In this document: piece by piece, positions 41,201 to 55,116 of the stretch
Layout: each line of letters opens with the position of its first letter
Position numbering within the stretch: the stretch's first letter is position 1
Origin: Trichoplax sp. H2
Taxonomy: Eukaryota
Length of the DNA stretch: 64,000 bases
NCBI GenBank assembly: GCA_003344405.1
Contig: NOWV01000029.1
Span: 124,001 to 188,000, forward strand
Direction of reading: 5' to 3'
Notes under the pieces: model-generated
The model's input: only the letters and a program-made list of their open reading frames with translations
What the model was told of the DNA's origin: nothing
Database searches by the model: none
Made by a program: the position numbers and the translations under genes

Positions 41201-44200
41201 AGACCCAAAATTGCAGGTGAATTTTTAATACGCTATTGTACTGTACTATATCGTATATCTAGCAATAATAACAAATGCGTTTCTGCGATTTCGTTACCCT
41301 GCTTGCAGTTGATACGGCCTTTCTTATCAGGATTTGCTCCGCTCCTTCATAATGTCGAGCCGCTCGTATAATTAGATCAGGCCTAATTTTTAAAATTGGA
41401 GGTGTAACTTAGGAGTGAATGTTAAACAAGAATCTGTAACTTAAACTGTACAATAATACTATCACACCTCTTTAACCAATTTTTTCTTTCTTTTGCCATG
41501 ACCGTAACTCCATCATTTATTTTAAGTTCCTAAAAATATAAATTATTGCACACTTAGTTAAAATGTCTTAGTAAATCTGAGAATGAGGAGGACATAGTAC
41601 ATATAGTACAACAGGAGGCAGTAGAATTTAGAGAATAAAATTTCAATGAAAATGTGCTGTAAATAAAATTATTCGTTGTTTTTCCCTAGGAGTTAGTTAA
41701 TTACTGTACCTCTAATAATCGAAAAGCTTGTTTCCATGACTTGTTAGCAGCAGGTCCACTTCTTAGACCACCTCCGGAGGCAGCCATTGTACCTAAGACA
41801 TCCGCAATGCTAGCTAGACAGCGCGCTGCAACAGCTAGAGAGCTCGCTTCGCAGGCGACTGCGATAAGTAAAAAATTATTTAACGACAGAAAAAATGAAG
41901 AGTTTTTAATTTTACTTGATTATTAACTAATTAGTTTACCTTTATCAATAGTGCATAATATGTTATGGTAATCCTCCGTAGCACAACTTTGAAAGTATGG
42001 AAGAAAGCAGGTATCCTCTCCATTCGATAAAGCAACCTTGACATTTTTTTCACCAATTTCAAAGTATAGTTTTCTGTGATCCCAAATTAATAGTTACTTA
42101 GTTTAAAAAATACATAGATCGTCTTCTAATTAATATAACTGTATCAATCCCACCTTCTATAATCGAATACAGCTGCAATATCGACCATAGCCATGATTTC
42201 TTTTAAAGAAAGTCTCCAAGATAGTCTCCATCTAGTTATTTATCGTACAATATTAAGCAATATGATATAAATATTTTTATATGATAAAAGCAGAAATAAT
42301 GTTTTGATTACTTTGCTAAAGCCTCAGCAGAATTGTGAGTTCCTAACAGCCATAAAATATCCTCAGTTTCAATCTTTTGGATATGGTTAAAGACTGGATA
42401 TAGCTTTGCGTTGAAGAGACTACGCTTAGACGATGGCTATAAGGTCAAGAACGAAAATGGAGATGAGTCCGCACAATAAGATCTACTGGTAACATGCTTA
42501 CTCATCTAGATATCAATTTTTAAAAGTTATTATATAATCGTATCGTTACCAAATGCTGTTGCCATAAATCTGAACTATCAATGCCTGTCCTTTCAAAGAA
42601 TGCAGACCACGGCTTATTACAAAAGCTGCTTTTATGATTATCGACCGATAACTGTATTTGAATAAATGAGTTTTTAAAATAACACAGTTAGATTAATTCA
42701 GTCTACCTCTACTATCCACTCAAACATGCTCACCATAAGATTATCATCCAAGCCAAAAACGGTAGTGATTCGACGAGATACATTATCGCCGATAGAAATT
42801 ATAAAATTTAACATGACACTTTTATCCGGTATAACAACGGGCTCTGTTATAACTTTATCGAGCTTCGATATCCACAAATATATGTCATTAGATCAGTATA
42901 GCAGACTGTTTTAAATTTACAAGATAATAAAGCAAAGTGATAGAATATCTTACTTCAAATTCTATGGGTAACAACCCCGATAAAATGCATCTATTACCAA
43001 TTTTTAGGCTGTTCTAAAAGTTAATAATGGTGTAATGATGTTGCAAATTGCTGAGAATATGAGATAATTACTAATTAATTAATATCGGCCTTACTTTAAG
43101 GATACAATGAGCAACAACACAATTTTTTCCAATATCAATTTCGCTATCAATACTGCTATTGATAATGATTGTAGATATAGGAACTTCACATCCAGACTGA
43201 AGAAAAATAATCAAGTGTTAATTTGCAGTTGTAAATTAATCATGAAAAATCATCTATTTACTTCGGTGTAGCAATGAGTTCTGTTCTGCCATTGAAAATT
43301 TTTAACACCGTTTGTACCAAGCCTGAGAGGGCAATTTAATATTTGATTTTGAAAATCGGACGCAACACTCGTAGACATGTAATTATGGATCCCTTCCGTG
43401 ATGAGTACTACAAATAAAGGAAAAATATGACTGATCCCTTTTGATTATATGACGAGTATACCTAAGGATTACGATTGATTTAGTTCAATTGTCAACTGAA
43501 AAATACATTTTTAATTTGAAAATGTAAATATTTAAGTACTACAGTACTTCTTGCATTACACACAGATATGACGTTAAATTTTATGTAATAGTTGAAAAAA
43601 GGTAGGCATACACGATGCATATGCGTTCATGTTATCATTACGCTATCTGTTAGACAGTGTATGAGCTATACTTGATCTAATTCGAATTTGATGCAATTCA
43701 TCGTATAAAACAGAGCGAGCATGTTCCATTAACGCCTTATCTTCAGGCAGCAACAGGCTATCGTCTTTGTTGCCATATGAGCCGCTACGATTTCCAGTTA
43801 CAAAATTTTCACGAGAGACGTTATTGGCCATAGGCAATAAAATATCGAAGAATAAGGAAAGCTAAAATATATCAATTTTAAATACTCTATTAAATCGAGA
43901 TTTTACGTTGAACAGTGGCATATATAGCATTTAGTTCAATGACAGTAACAAGTGTAAGTTACTTATTGCAGCAGGTGGAATGCTTACTTTAATTGGTAGT
44001 GATCCGCTATCAATACCCATATAAGTGCAAGCATCAATAGGGGGTTTCACATGAAATTGCAAAAGTTTAGTAGCGGTATTTGGACACATAAACAATAAAC
44101 CAGAAACCTATATGATAACATTAAGCAATACAATCCCATTTATAATTCATAACAAAAGTAGATCAATAAGTCTACAAGGTCATTATTACCAATGGTACTT

Positions 44201-47200
44201 GATGACCGTTATTCAAAAGGCAAGATTCCAGATTATCTGGTGAACTTTGGTAAAAGATATCGTCAACAGTATCCTTCGAATAGAATTTTAATCCAAATTC
44301 AGTTCAATTAAAACAGTAGCTTTAAGAGTACGACAGCTAGAATCGATTTTAAAGTAAACTATATAAGCAAGCCTGGAACGTTTATCAATATGATAGCTGT
44401 TGTCCAATCTCTATCGTATGAATTAATTTTAGCGGTAAGCGATAAAAATCAACAGTTTGGAGGTACGAGTACAATGATGAATAGCTTACATCATGATTTA
44501 CTTTACAGGCTCCATGCAATGTTGCATAATCAACAGAAGCTGGAACAGTTATCAAACTAACTCCCTTCCAGTGTTTTGGAAAAGTGATGTCAATGGCTAG
44601 AATAAACATTGGATAATAAATTGATTATACGCATCTTTGACTGAAACAAAATACGTGTACATGTACGCACGGTGATATTATGTCAAGTTAAATTGGTTCT
44701 ATCTGCAATACCTTTTTCTGATGGAATACTTAATAGCATGTCTGTACTGCACACCCAAACGCCAGGAGGTGAATTAGGGCAAATCTGATATGGAATACGC
44801 ACAAGATTTTCAGTACAGTACTGTATAGTACTCGTATTATACTCCAATCATGTTAGCATTTTAATATAAAGCGAGATTGAAAATTCTCAATGTAGATATA
44901 CACATAGACTACTAGACGAAGGATAGATTATCCGATTGCATATTAATACGTTTCTTACGAGTAATATAAGTGTAAAATAGGCAATACATTAAATTCATCT
45001 TGATATACCATTAGTAAAGAAATATGAATATAACTAATAAGGTAAGAGTGGACTGTAAATTGTGCTTTATTCACATAGGTACAATTATACAGTATATAAG
45101 CATTAATGCCTAGCTACTACACGTTAAGAAGTTATTTTAACATAAACTGCCTTACTAACGAGAGTATGATTTATCATCATTCAGTCAAAGCAAAAAGAAC
45201 AATACGTACAGAAAAATTGTACAGCTTGCTAAAAATGGTGCAGATGCAGAGCCTATCATGCTGCTCAATATCGTCAGCGACTTACTACGTTGGTAAGAGT
45301 ATAGATAATAAAGTCAATATTGCACGCTATATTTTCTGTATCGGATCCAGTAATATGATGAGCTCCACTGTACATAGCCGGCATAGTAGTAAATGCACGT
45401 CCGCAAGGATCAAATAAATAATTTCTACCCTATTACAAATCAGATTTGAGTGGATTATCATATTGCAAGCCCAAAGCATATGGAAAATTTAATAAATTTT
45501 TTTGGTGGGTATTTACTGTATTACACAATTACAGTTCAATTTATTACAATGGTACCAATCAATGGAAGTGCAAGTATCTTTAATAGTATTGAATAATATT
45601 TACCATTAGGAGGATTAGAATATCAGCATTAGCCAGTACATCGGGGTTAACGACCTAGAGAGAAAGAAAATAAGAATTATTAGAAGGATGATCGGTATAG
45701 AGATCGCAATCAATCTACTTGGATAATTAGATAGGGTGGATATGTCCAATGATAACTAATCTACTCGTACATCTACAATAAGTTATGAGGACGTTGCTTT
45801 ATCGAAAGCTAATGTTATTGCTATTTGCAATTTTTACCGTATGGCCAGCTAATGAACTCAAATGTTCAGCTACAACCAAGATAGTATTAATTGTTGCACC
45901 ACCACTTCCAATTCGAGTGTCTGGATCTTCGACTGTCAGTAACAAGACATTGGGATCGATCAAGCCTTTTGATTGGCGTATCTCCAGCTCTACAAGGGTA
46001 GATCAATATCAACATTTGTAAGTGATGGAATGTAGATAGGGGGCAAATGGATTTATTTTCAACATTTTGCATGAGTATAGTCAATCATGACCTTGTCATA
46101 AACTACTAGTATATGACATAATACGAGTCGATATATTTATTAAAATTCTATTTAGATCATGACTGGTTCGAATAGAATGGATAGGGAGGAATAGAGTATA
46201 TAATTAATTCATTAATGCTAGACTCGTTAGAGTAGTGATGGTCGTTTTAGCACTCCACTCGTACCCAGGTGTAGCGAGCCCTGTAAAATGGTTGAAAGAT
46301 GTTCACCTATAGCGTTGCCTTAAATGATGTCTTTAGATTGCGAAAAAATGGACTTTTAATTTGGTTGCAGACAGATCAGTCTAAGGTTGAGCTATTGGTT
46401 GTTGATATTTTGATTACTTTTGATCGCCATATTGAATAATTGTATTTCTTTTGTAATACAAACTATCAGTCTAAAGTCATGTCGTCAACAGCGAGTATAG
46501 TACGTATAGTAGGCGTTGTCACTTTTTGAGGGGGTTTATCGGCTAGGAGTTGATTGATATTTAGATCAACTGATCCGATCATTTTCTAGAATCTTAATTT
46601 TGTATCACTGTCTGCGACAACTTTACTTGATAATAGACTACTAATGTACGACATGATAGGCGACAGTACTTGTAGGATTTTCGATACTGTAGTTCTTGCT
46701 GTGGTCAACGGCGATTTCAGCAAGAAACTACGAGAGTATACGGTAGTACGACATGGTAGGTATGGCTCCTTGTAGACCCTGTATCGCGAATATAAATGGA
46801 GTTTATGCATTCAGTTGGTTAATGAATGCTTTCTATCATTTTTTGATCAATGTAGTCGACGACGACTAACTACGAGATATGCAGTAATCCCATATTGGGG
46901 TTTTCCAACTTTAGAATTCAAATAACTGATGGTTGGTGCTAGTAGGATGTATTGATGATTGGATAAGGCCATTGATCATTTCAAGACGTTCCACTAGGAT
47001 ACGGTGATAAAATAGCCAGTTGAATTGCAAGATACGAGTGTACAACATGACCTGAGGCTTTTAAAATTTCTTTTATGTGTATGTGTGTGTGATAATGGAC
47101 TATGGAGCTATCGGACTATCTACCAAGCTCTTTCTTTGTCACGACTCCAATTGAATCATAGCCATGCATTGCAGTAACTTTACCTTTCTGGAAAGCTTGT

Positions 47201-47256
47201 GTATGATAGCCTTTACGACATGATAGAGCGATAACCTTCCATTTTTTCCTTGCCAT
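38208..47256 (-). CDS. FCSK: L-fucose kinase (N-terminal pyrophosphorylase-like fucokinase domain + GHMP kinase); many exons
   Basis: [134 protein letters not shown]. Last exon approximate. Confidence 0.95.
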
Positions 47257-47493
47257 AGTTAGACTTTGAGGGGATTTCCTAGCTATTCAAGATGCTGTTG
47301 ACTGCAATGATCTGCATCAGCATCCAAAAATTGGATAGTTTACCTGGACTAATGACAGTATATTAATCGATGGACACTCTTCAATTGCTAGCTAAAGTAG
47401 TTTGACCAGTGGTTTACCTTTTGCCGTACGTATGTCCGAAGTCCGATGTTCTTTATTTATTTACTTATTTATTTACGGCAGTCAGGCATACTG

Positions 47494-48600
47494 TAGGTCA
47501 CGTCGACTCCGACAGTCAAGTCATTTCCGCTGCTACTGACGCTATTACTGTGTGTCATACAGCGCGTCCATACTGTACATACAGTACGTGTTAGGTCGCG
47601 TCGACTCCGACAGTCAAGTCATTTCCGCTGCTACTGACGCTATTATTGTGCGTCATACACTACTGTAGTGTGCTATCTGCTGACGTGACACCCCCATTGG
47701 CACTGAGGCGCGGACAGCGACGATCGCACAGAGAGTCAACGGAGTCCAGGACTACTGTACAGTGTACAGTGTACAGTACGGCTACTACAGTACAGTACAA
47801 ACTAGAAGACGATAGTGTGCACCAAGTAAACTAGAAGTCAACTCAGTCCAGGACTACACTGGACTGTACAAAGTCGTCTACTATTGAAGTCGATGGTCTG
47901 TACAAAGTCAACTAGAAGACGATAGTGTGCCGTTGCACAGGCTACTGTAGTGTGCTATCTGCTGACGTGACACCCTCATCCGCACTGAGCCGCGGACAGT
48001 GACGATCGCACAAAGAGTCAACCGAGTCCAGGACTACTGTCCACTGTAGTGTATTGTAACCCCACTACTGTACTGTACAGTGTACAGTACGGCTACTACG
48101 GTACTTTGAGTCCTGGCCTGTACAGTACAGTACAAACTAGAAGACGGTAGTGTGCACCAAGTAAACTAGAAGTCAACTCAGTCCAGGACTACACTGGACT
48201 GTACTGTACTGTCTACTACTTTGAGTCCTGGTCTGTACAAAGTCAACTACTGTACTGTAGAAGACGATAGTGTGTACAAAGTCAACTAGAAGACGATAGT
48301 GTGTACGAAGTCAATTAGAAGACGATAATGTGTACAAAGTCAACTAGAAGACGATAATGTGTACAAAGTCAACTAGAAGACGATAGTGTATACAAAGTCA
48401 ACTAGAAGACGATAGTGTGCCGTTACACTGGCTACTGTAGTGTGCTATCTGCTGACGTGACACCCCCATCGGCACTGAGCCGCGGACAGCGACGATCGCA
48501 CAAAGTGTCAACCGAGTCCAGGACTCCACTGGACTGTAGTGTCTACTACTGTACTTTGAGTCCTGGTCTGTAGACTAGAAGAAGACGATAGTGTGCCGTT
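47494..48600. repeat. Complex promoter repeat block: 2x ~80-bp unit, 3x ~100-bp CpG-rich unit (approx. 47661, 47943, 48433), interleaved TACAG tracts
   Basis: gtcgactccgacagtcaagtcatttccgctgctactgacgctatt x2; tactgtagtgtgctatctgctgacgtgacaccc..gacgatcgcaca..gagtccaggact x3. Confidence 0.9.
48271..48415. repeat. 29-bp minisatellite x5 (TGTGTACAAAGTCAACTAGAAGACGATAG)
   Basis: Five head-to-tail copies with few substitutions, plus dispersed partial copies near 47800, 47900, 48130 and 48234; no spacers. Confidence 0.92.
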
Positions 48601-49361
48601 GCACAGGCATCGATTTTCTTCTTCCGTGTCATGCGTACCATCAAGACCATCCTCGCCCAGACAGACGGACGCTACCAAACAAAGGATGCCTTCCATATTG
48701 AAAATGACCACGGAGTAGGGATGGATCTTCCATGTCTGTTTTCCATATCCACGGGTACAAATTGAAATAGCGTCTATCATCTTTTACAACTCTTTTCAAG
48801 CAGAACTTTGTAACAGACAATCCAATTCGATCAATGGATGGCTAATATTACCAAGGACTCTTGGTATTACTCAACCTTTGATTGAGAAAACATCACTCAC
48901 TCCAAATCGACTGTCTGCCTACTAAAGCACTACCTTCAACAACGTGTTTGCTACATTTTGACGAGAGGAGACCGAAAATATCTGTCCGTCCAAGGATGGT
49001 CAATCCAGTCCAAGTCTGCTAGTAATCCATGAAAATGCGTCAAGTGAAAACAAAGACTATAGACTGGACTGGACCTACTGTATTCTACTCTACACTACCT
49101 GCAGTATCGTAAACTGCCGACCAGAAATGTAAAAGTTGGCCACAGAAAGAGGAGCGTTTCAATCATTTCAACTCTTAAAATGTGATTAGAAATCGATATT
49201 GCGTGTGGAAGAGAGAGCATACAACATTGGCCACACAGTCCAGTGGTTACTGTAATCATATAAACCAAAAATTGGCTATCGTAATCTTGTCCAAGATTGA
49301 TTTGTAGACTGATTGGGTCGTAAAGTACTACTGGCTGCGGAGTGAATGAGGTGGAAGAAAT

Positions 49362-52300
49362 ATGGATACGGAAGATCTCAGTGATAACGAATACGAATCC
49401 TACTATAACGCAGGCGATTTTCAGGTACTGATGACATTGCCAACCATTTTAATTCAAGTTCTTAGCATACTTTCATTGCCTAGAATAACAATGATTCCAT
49501 TTATACGCTATGGTACTTGTTGATCATGGATCATTTTACTCATGTATCATGTCAATGAACGTGATTGTACAGGAAGAACAACCAGATAATGACCACAATG
49601 CCGACGATGAAGACACCATGACTGTTATTGAGGAATGCAAACGTAAATTCTCCAATGACGACTCTGTTATGGAATCGGATCTTATTGTACATATTCGAAA
49701 GTTAGTAATCTCCCCTTGAGCAATATTATTTTCATTTTTTTGCTCACATTGGCTATCAACCGCTGCAGTGTAAACGAGTAGTCAACTACTGAACTCTGCA
49801 ATAGGCATTGCTATACACTGGACTCTTAGTTTGCAGATTGCAGCAGACATGCACAATTAATGCAATACCGTCCAAATTGTTCACTTCCTCCGTCTTCTTA
49901 GGCTTAAATCACTTCTCTTTATTGTAACACATCTAGGCAGAATTGATTGCATGACAAATATTTTGCTGTTAGCGATTCCTATAAATAACTAAATAGAAAG
50001 AAAATTGAAAAACTTCTGTTGATCGATTCAAGTGCTTACTGCTTCCAAGTAAAACACACCGACTACTTTTCTAATAGTCTTTAGCTGACATAACTCTTTG
50101 TCCTGACAACTATACACAATTCTACATGATTTACTAACGTGTATAGTGCCAATTATCACCTAGCATAGCGTTGTTAATTATACAGTTATGTGTGTCTATA
50201 ACTTGGATTGCAAATCATTCCTCATTCTTTGATGGAAATGATCAGTACAACTTAACAACTGTATTTATGTTATTGCTTCCATACTCACTATTAACTTACC
50301 TTATTTTTGTATAATGAATTATAATCAAGATATATTAAAGCTGGTGGAACACCTGAAGAACTGGTGCAGTTATTATCTGATCACTACATTGGTGAAGGAG
50401 AAGTTGCCAATGCTTACATCAAATGGCTGCAGGATTTAGGTAACAAATAGCGCTAATTGCTGTATCTAACTGTCAACGCGAGCTGGTTTATGCTAGATGA
50501 TAGACTGTACTATTGTACGCGAAATATAAGTGTATTGATAGGACTAAATCGACCTAATTACCTACTTGAATATACAGTATTATGCACTGTTGCTCCTACT
50601 ACTGCATGTCGACTATCGCTGCAAGTTAAAGCATTTTAACTTTCTGATTGTTGTATTTCTGAAAGATACGTGATGCAATCTTTAAATTTATTCTGTATAT
50701 AAGTTCTGTAATATTCAGTTACTGAAAAATCTGTGGGTATTGCAGATCCATATGATATGGTTTTACAATAATAATTTATTGAGGAATTGGTTAACTCATA
50801 CTATCTCTATAAACTTCAAGTTATCTCATATATTGTAGTCTTATATTATGTTATTTTAATATTAATATCAAATTACTCTCATAACTGAAGGAGTCAAAGA
50901 CGAAACTATAAATCGGACCTGCGTGGAGCATTTGCGAGAGGTGGTAATAAGTAAATTTGATCCTGCTAAAGCAGATTCTCTTTTTATTGGCGAAGGAAAG
51001 GTTTGGAAATGAATTACACTCTTGTGATAGTCAAAATTTTGACAACAATTACTTTAATCTGTTTAATCATAACACTTGATCGATAGTAAATTCTTTAAAC
51101 TATCAAACTAATCAAAAATTCGTTCTAGAATGTTACTTGGTTACAAGATATGATAGCCCAACCGTTTTGGCGTAATTTGTTCTATTGCTTAGCTGAACGA
51201 TTTCCAGATTGTTTAGTGTGTAAATTCGCAGTTAGGGTATGACGACATGACTAGGATATTGCAGTGAGAAGAAAAATTAAATTGTCCAATCCTTAATATT
51301 TACTATATTTCATCTTATTGACGCAGTTGATTTCTGATGCCGGCTATCAAGACGACATAAACAACATTTCAACAGTTTGCCAGCACTTGGAATTATTTAC
51401 TCGACAATTACAGTCATGTGTCCATAGTGTTATTGCTAAGGGGCCTACTACATCTTCTGCAGATGTTGATAATATGATTGTAAGTGTAGACTATGAAAAA
51501 TTTAATAGTTATCTTGACGTTAATTTTTTCTATATTTTTGTGCTGTGATTAGAATATGGCTTGCCACACAGAACATGGTTATCTATGTTGCCAATTTTTC
51601 TTAAGAATACTCCTCTATGATATTGAGAACAGTCATTTAATTCGATTTTTGATGCAAAAAATAGAAAGTGGTGCTATATCCAGGTAATCATATCTGTAAT
51701 GTAAGGTATACAATGTGTATCGAACTTATACATATGGATGATGACGTTTTACAATCAAAAAGGTACATACAAAAAAATAATGCAGTTATGTCATATTTTT
51801 ACAGAGGACTAGCAGTCAGTGATATCGCAATGATCGTTAACGGCGTATACCAATATACTAATGTCAATGCAGCTGTTAACAATATATTTTCTCGAAATGC
51901 CTTGGATTCCACGGATGTAGCTACGGTAATAATAACCAAAGAGATTAATTTATTGATATTCGTACCAATCTGTTTACGTATGGTAAATTGTCCATATGCT
52001 ATATTTATATATATATGATTAAAAATTTTACCGCAATATGCACTTACAAATGTTCTATTAATTTATTTTGCAGTTGTATGAAGTCTATTCGGGAGATGAA
52101 CCACCTCCAATAGAAATCATAAGACATCCACGTTTTTTAGGTTTGCTCTTTAAAAAGCTATTCTCAATACTTCCTTATCATTTCTTTATGTATACTGACA
52201 GTGACGACGTATCTTTACAGATTTGTTGATTAAGCGCCTTTTTGATCCTGATGACAAGATAGATGCAGACTTGAAATCAAAGTTATGTTTTCTTCTAGCT

Positions 52301-53503
52301 TACGCCGTTAGTGTTGTTGAAACAATCTCAGAGGTAATCAAAATAGATATATCTGTGATCAATGTCTCAACAACTTAAATTTAAGACATTTCTATTGTTC
52401 ATAACAGACTCAAACGTTATTGAATACTGATGACTTGAAAAGTACTACCAACGTTATCGGCCGTACGTTGGACATAATTAGTCATGCAGATTGTCGATCT
52501 TCCAATTATCTTTTATCAGAGATTGGAAATCTGTATCAGTATATTAGGTAGCTAATTGTATATTACCATACGTAAAATATTATTGTACGATACATAGCAT
52601 TACGCTATTAAAATAGTATTTACGGACGCTAATGACATTTGCAGATATCCAGTAGTTGGTAGAGGATTAATTAATTGGGTGGATTGCATCGTATCTTCGT
52701 CAAGCTTTTTCAACTATATGGGCGATTCTACGGCATTAATATACCTAGCAATTTTGGACGAAGTGAGCAATATCTGCAAATATTCATTTTAACTTTTAAA
52801 TTGTCTGATCATTGGTCTTTTAATTTCTAGATTTGCACGCATCATCCATTACAGCATCCAACAACTTTTAACTTACTCATAAAATTTTTAGAATATGAAT
52901 ACAATAATGGCGATATAATGTTGATTGTAAGTCTATTGTTGTCTATTGATATAATTTCAATACATAAATACATAAGTTTAATATGTTATAATTATTAAAC
53001 GTTATTTAGCTCCGATTTAAAAGACACATTATCGAATGCATGGTCCATTTAGTGAGTCGAGGTTATGTAGTCCCTGTACTGAATTATATCAGGAAATGTC
53101 TGGATACCAACTCGATGGACAATTCACTTATTCGAAATTTTGTTTCTGGGGTAAATAATCAATAATTCATCATCTGTGTGAGTGTAGACTTATAAAATGG
53201 AGTAATTGATTTATTTTTTATGTTGTTGTTTTTAGGTGCTTGATATCATAAGTCCTCCTTACACGCCAATTTTTATTGAATTATTCTTGCCGTTACTAAA
53301 AAGCGACGTTTGTATTTCGCTGCAACAAAGTCAGAATAAAGATGATCCCGCAGTAAATTTTATAGGTTTGTCAAAAGCCTACAATTGCTAAGTACTTACG
53401 TATATTGAAATAACTAAAATAAGATAATTTCTTGCGATTGCTTTGCCTAATTGTAGATTACTGTGAAACTTACAAGACCAGCGCAATAATCACCGATCAC
53501 TAG
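49362..53503 (+). CDS. NELFCD: Negative elongation factor C/D (TH1-like); many exons
   Basis: EECKRKFSNDDSVME; YIKAGGTPEELVQLLSDHY; FDPAKADSLF; WRNLFYCLAERFPDCL; LISDAGYQDDI..STVCQHLELF; PPPIEIIRHP; YPVVGRGL; LAILDE|ICTHHPLQH; MVHLVSRGYVVPV; VLDIISPPY. Confidence 0.95.
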
Positions 53504-55116
53504 ATATATGTAGATATAAGTCTCCCGCGAAGATAGCTGATTCGAACCATAAGTTACTAATTTTTAGTTTGTTTTCCTTATACCATACACGTACAGTATA
53601 ATAGACCTTGATTTTGAGAATTTCTACTAGTACTATAAATGGAATACTAGCGAATCTGTGGTTCGTATATTTGTAAACTGTACGTCATAATTATGTTTAC
53701 TTGACTGTTACGAACGTTTATCATAATCACAGTCAAGCACTCTTTATGAATATGAAATGTTGTTGGTATTGTTGCAGACTTAAATGTTGATAGATTTATC
53801 CTATTTGCTATCGGCGCTTTTGATATACGTATTTCGGAACGTCATGTTTAAAATTTTTCTAGATCAAATAATACCGTCTTTTCACAACCAAGCCATTGGA
53901 TCGATTTTACACCTCTATATCGTCATTGAGTTATAGTCTTCAGGCTAAACATAAGCCATTTTCTATCGTGTAATTTGTTGATGAAAAAACAAGTAGATTG
54001 TATAACTAATGTTCGTTAAAATTATTATAACCTTAATGTGCATATTGTTGGATTAAAAATTTTATATATTACATAGAGTAAAATGTTTGCTTATCTGACG
54101 AAGTTACTGTACACCAACGTATATGACTGTCCTACTTGCAAACATATATACGGATTCTGAGGCAATTTACTATCAGTGAATGTTTTTTATACAGATACTC
54201 GTACGTCTACGATTTAGTCATTAAGTCAAATTTCTAACCCATGTAAGCTATCGCTAGAGTTATGGTAATATAATCAGTTATCATAGTAAAATTACTACTA
54301 GGACATCAACTCTTTGACGTCTAAAGTGATAAATAATCCGGTATTGCATGAGTAGCGGGGAAAAGATAATTTAGATATTTTTCCGAAATTATCCTGTACC
54401 ATGCTGTACACGTACTATATACGCTACATTCTTCATCACCTATCATTTAATGCAACATCTTGTCAGTTTCTAGGTAAGCATGCAATAAACGGGAAGATAA
54501 TCTGCGCAAAAGCAATAAATTACAAACAAGTTAACCGATAGGTTCCTGGATAGGCAAGATATTCGATCGATAACGTAGAATAAATTAATTTTTGGATTAA
54601 CTGTTAATATAGTACTTAGTATATGATAGGGAATTAGGGATCATAAGCATATATGATTGATTGTAATTATAATGATGTAATTATTTAAATAAAAATAATA
54701 CTCAAGATGCTACAAGGTTCTCTTTATCGCATCGCAATTCAACTGTCTCAACATACTCTGTTATGTACAGTACTCATAAAAGGCTTTAAAAGCTACGCCT
54801 TGCTTTAATATTAGTAGTTTCTAGCAGCGTCTTTTGGTTGATTTAACATTCATAATTTTAACAAATGCATTAATGCGCTAATTTTTGGAAATATACTCGT
54901 GCAGTACTGCTGCAAAAGTACTATACCACTACTAGAAAATGGTAGATACCTTTCTACTACTGGTGCTTAGTGCTGACTGAGCCATAGAGGTACTTCTATG
55001 GACCCAGCATTAAATTAATGATTTTGATCAGCGCACGCGTAGTTCAAGGACTGTTTCTTCTCCAACAAGTTTCCTGTCATTTAATGTCTCCCAGCTGCTG
55101 ATATCCTTGATTGGCG

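Noticed and set aside
48271..48415. 29-bp repeats of CRISPR-like length
   Set aside because: Head-to-tail with no unique spacers, no cas genes, and a eukaryotic context.
55101..55108. ATATCCTT, a U12 AT-AC donor-like motif
   Set aside because: It lies 16 nt upstream of the PSMG2 ATG; using it would remove the conserved first exon.
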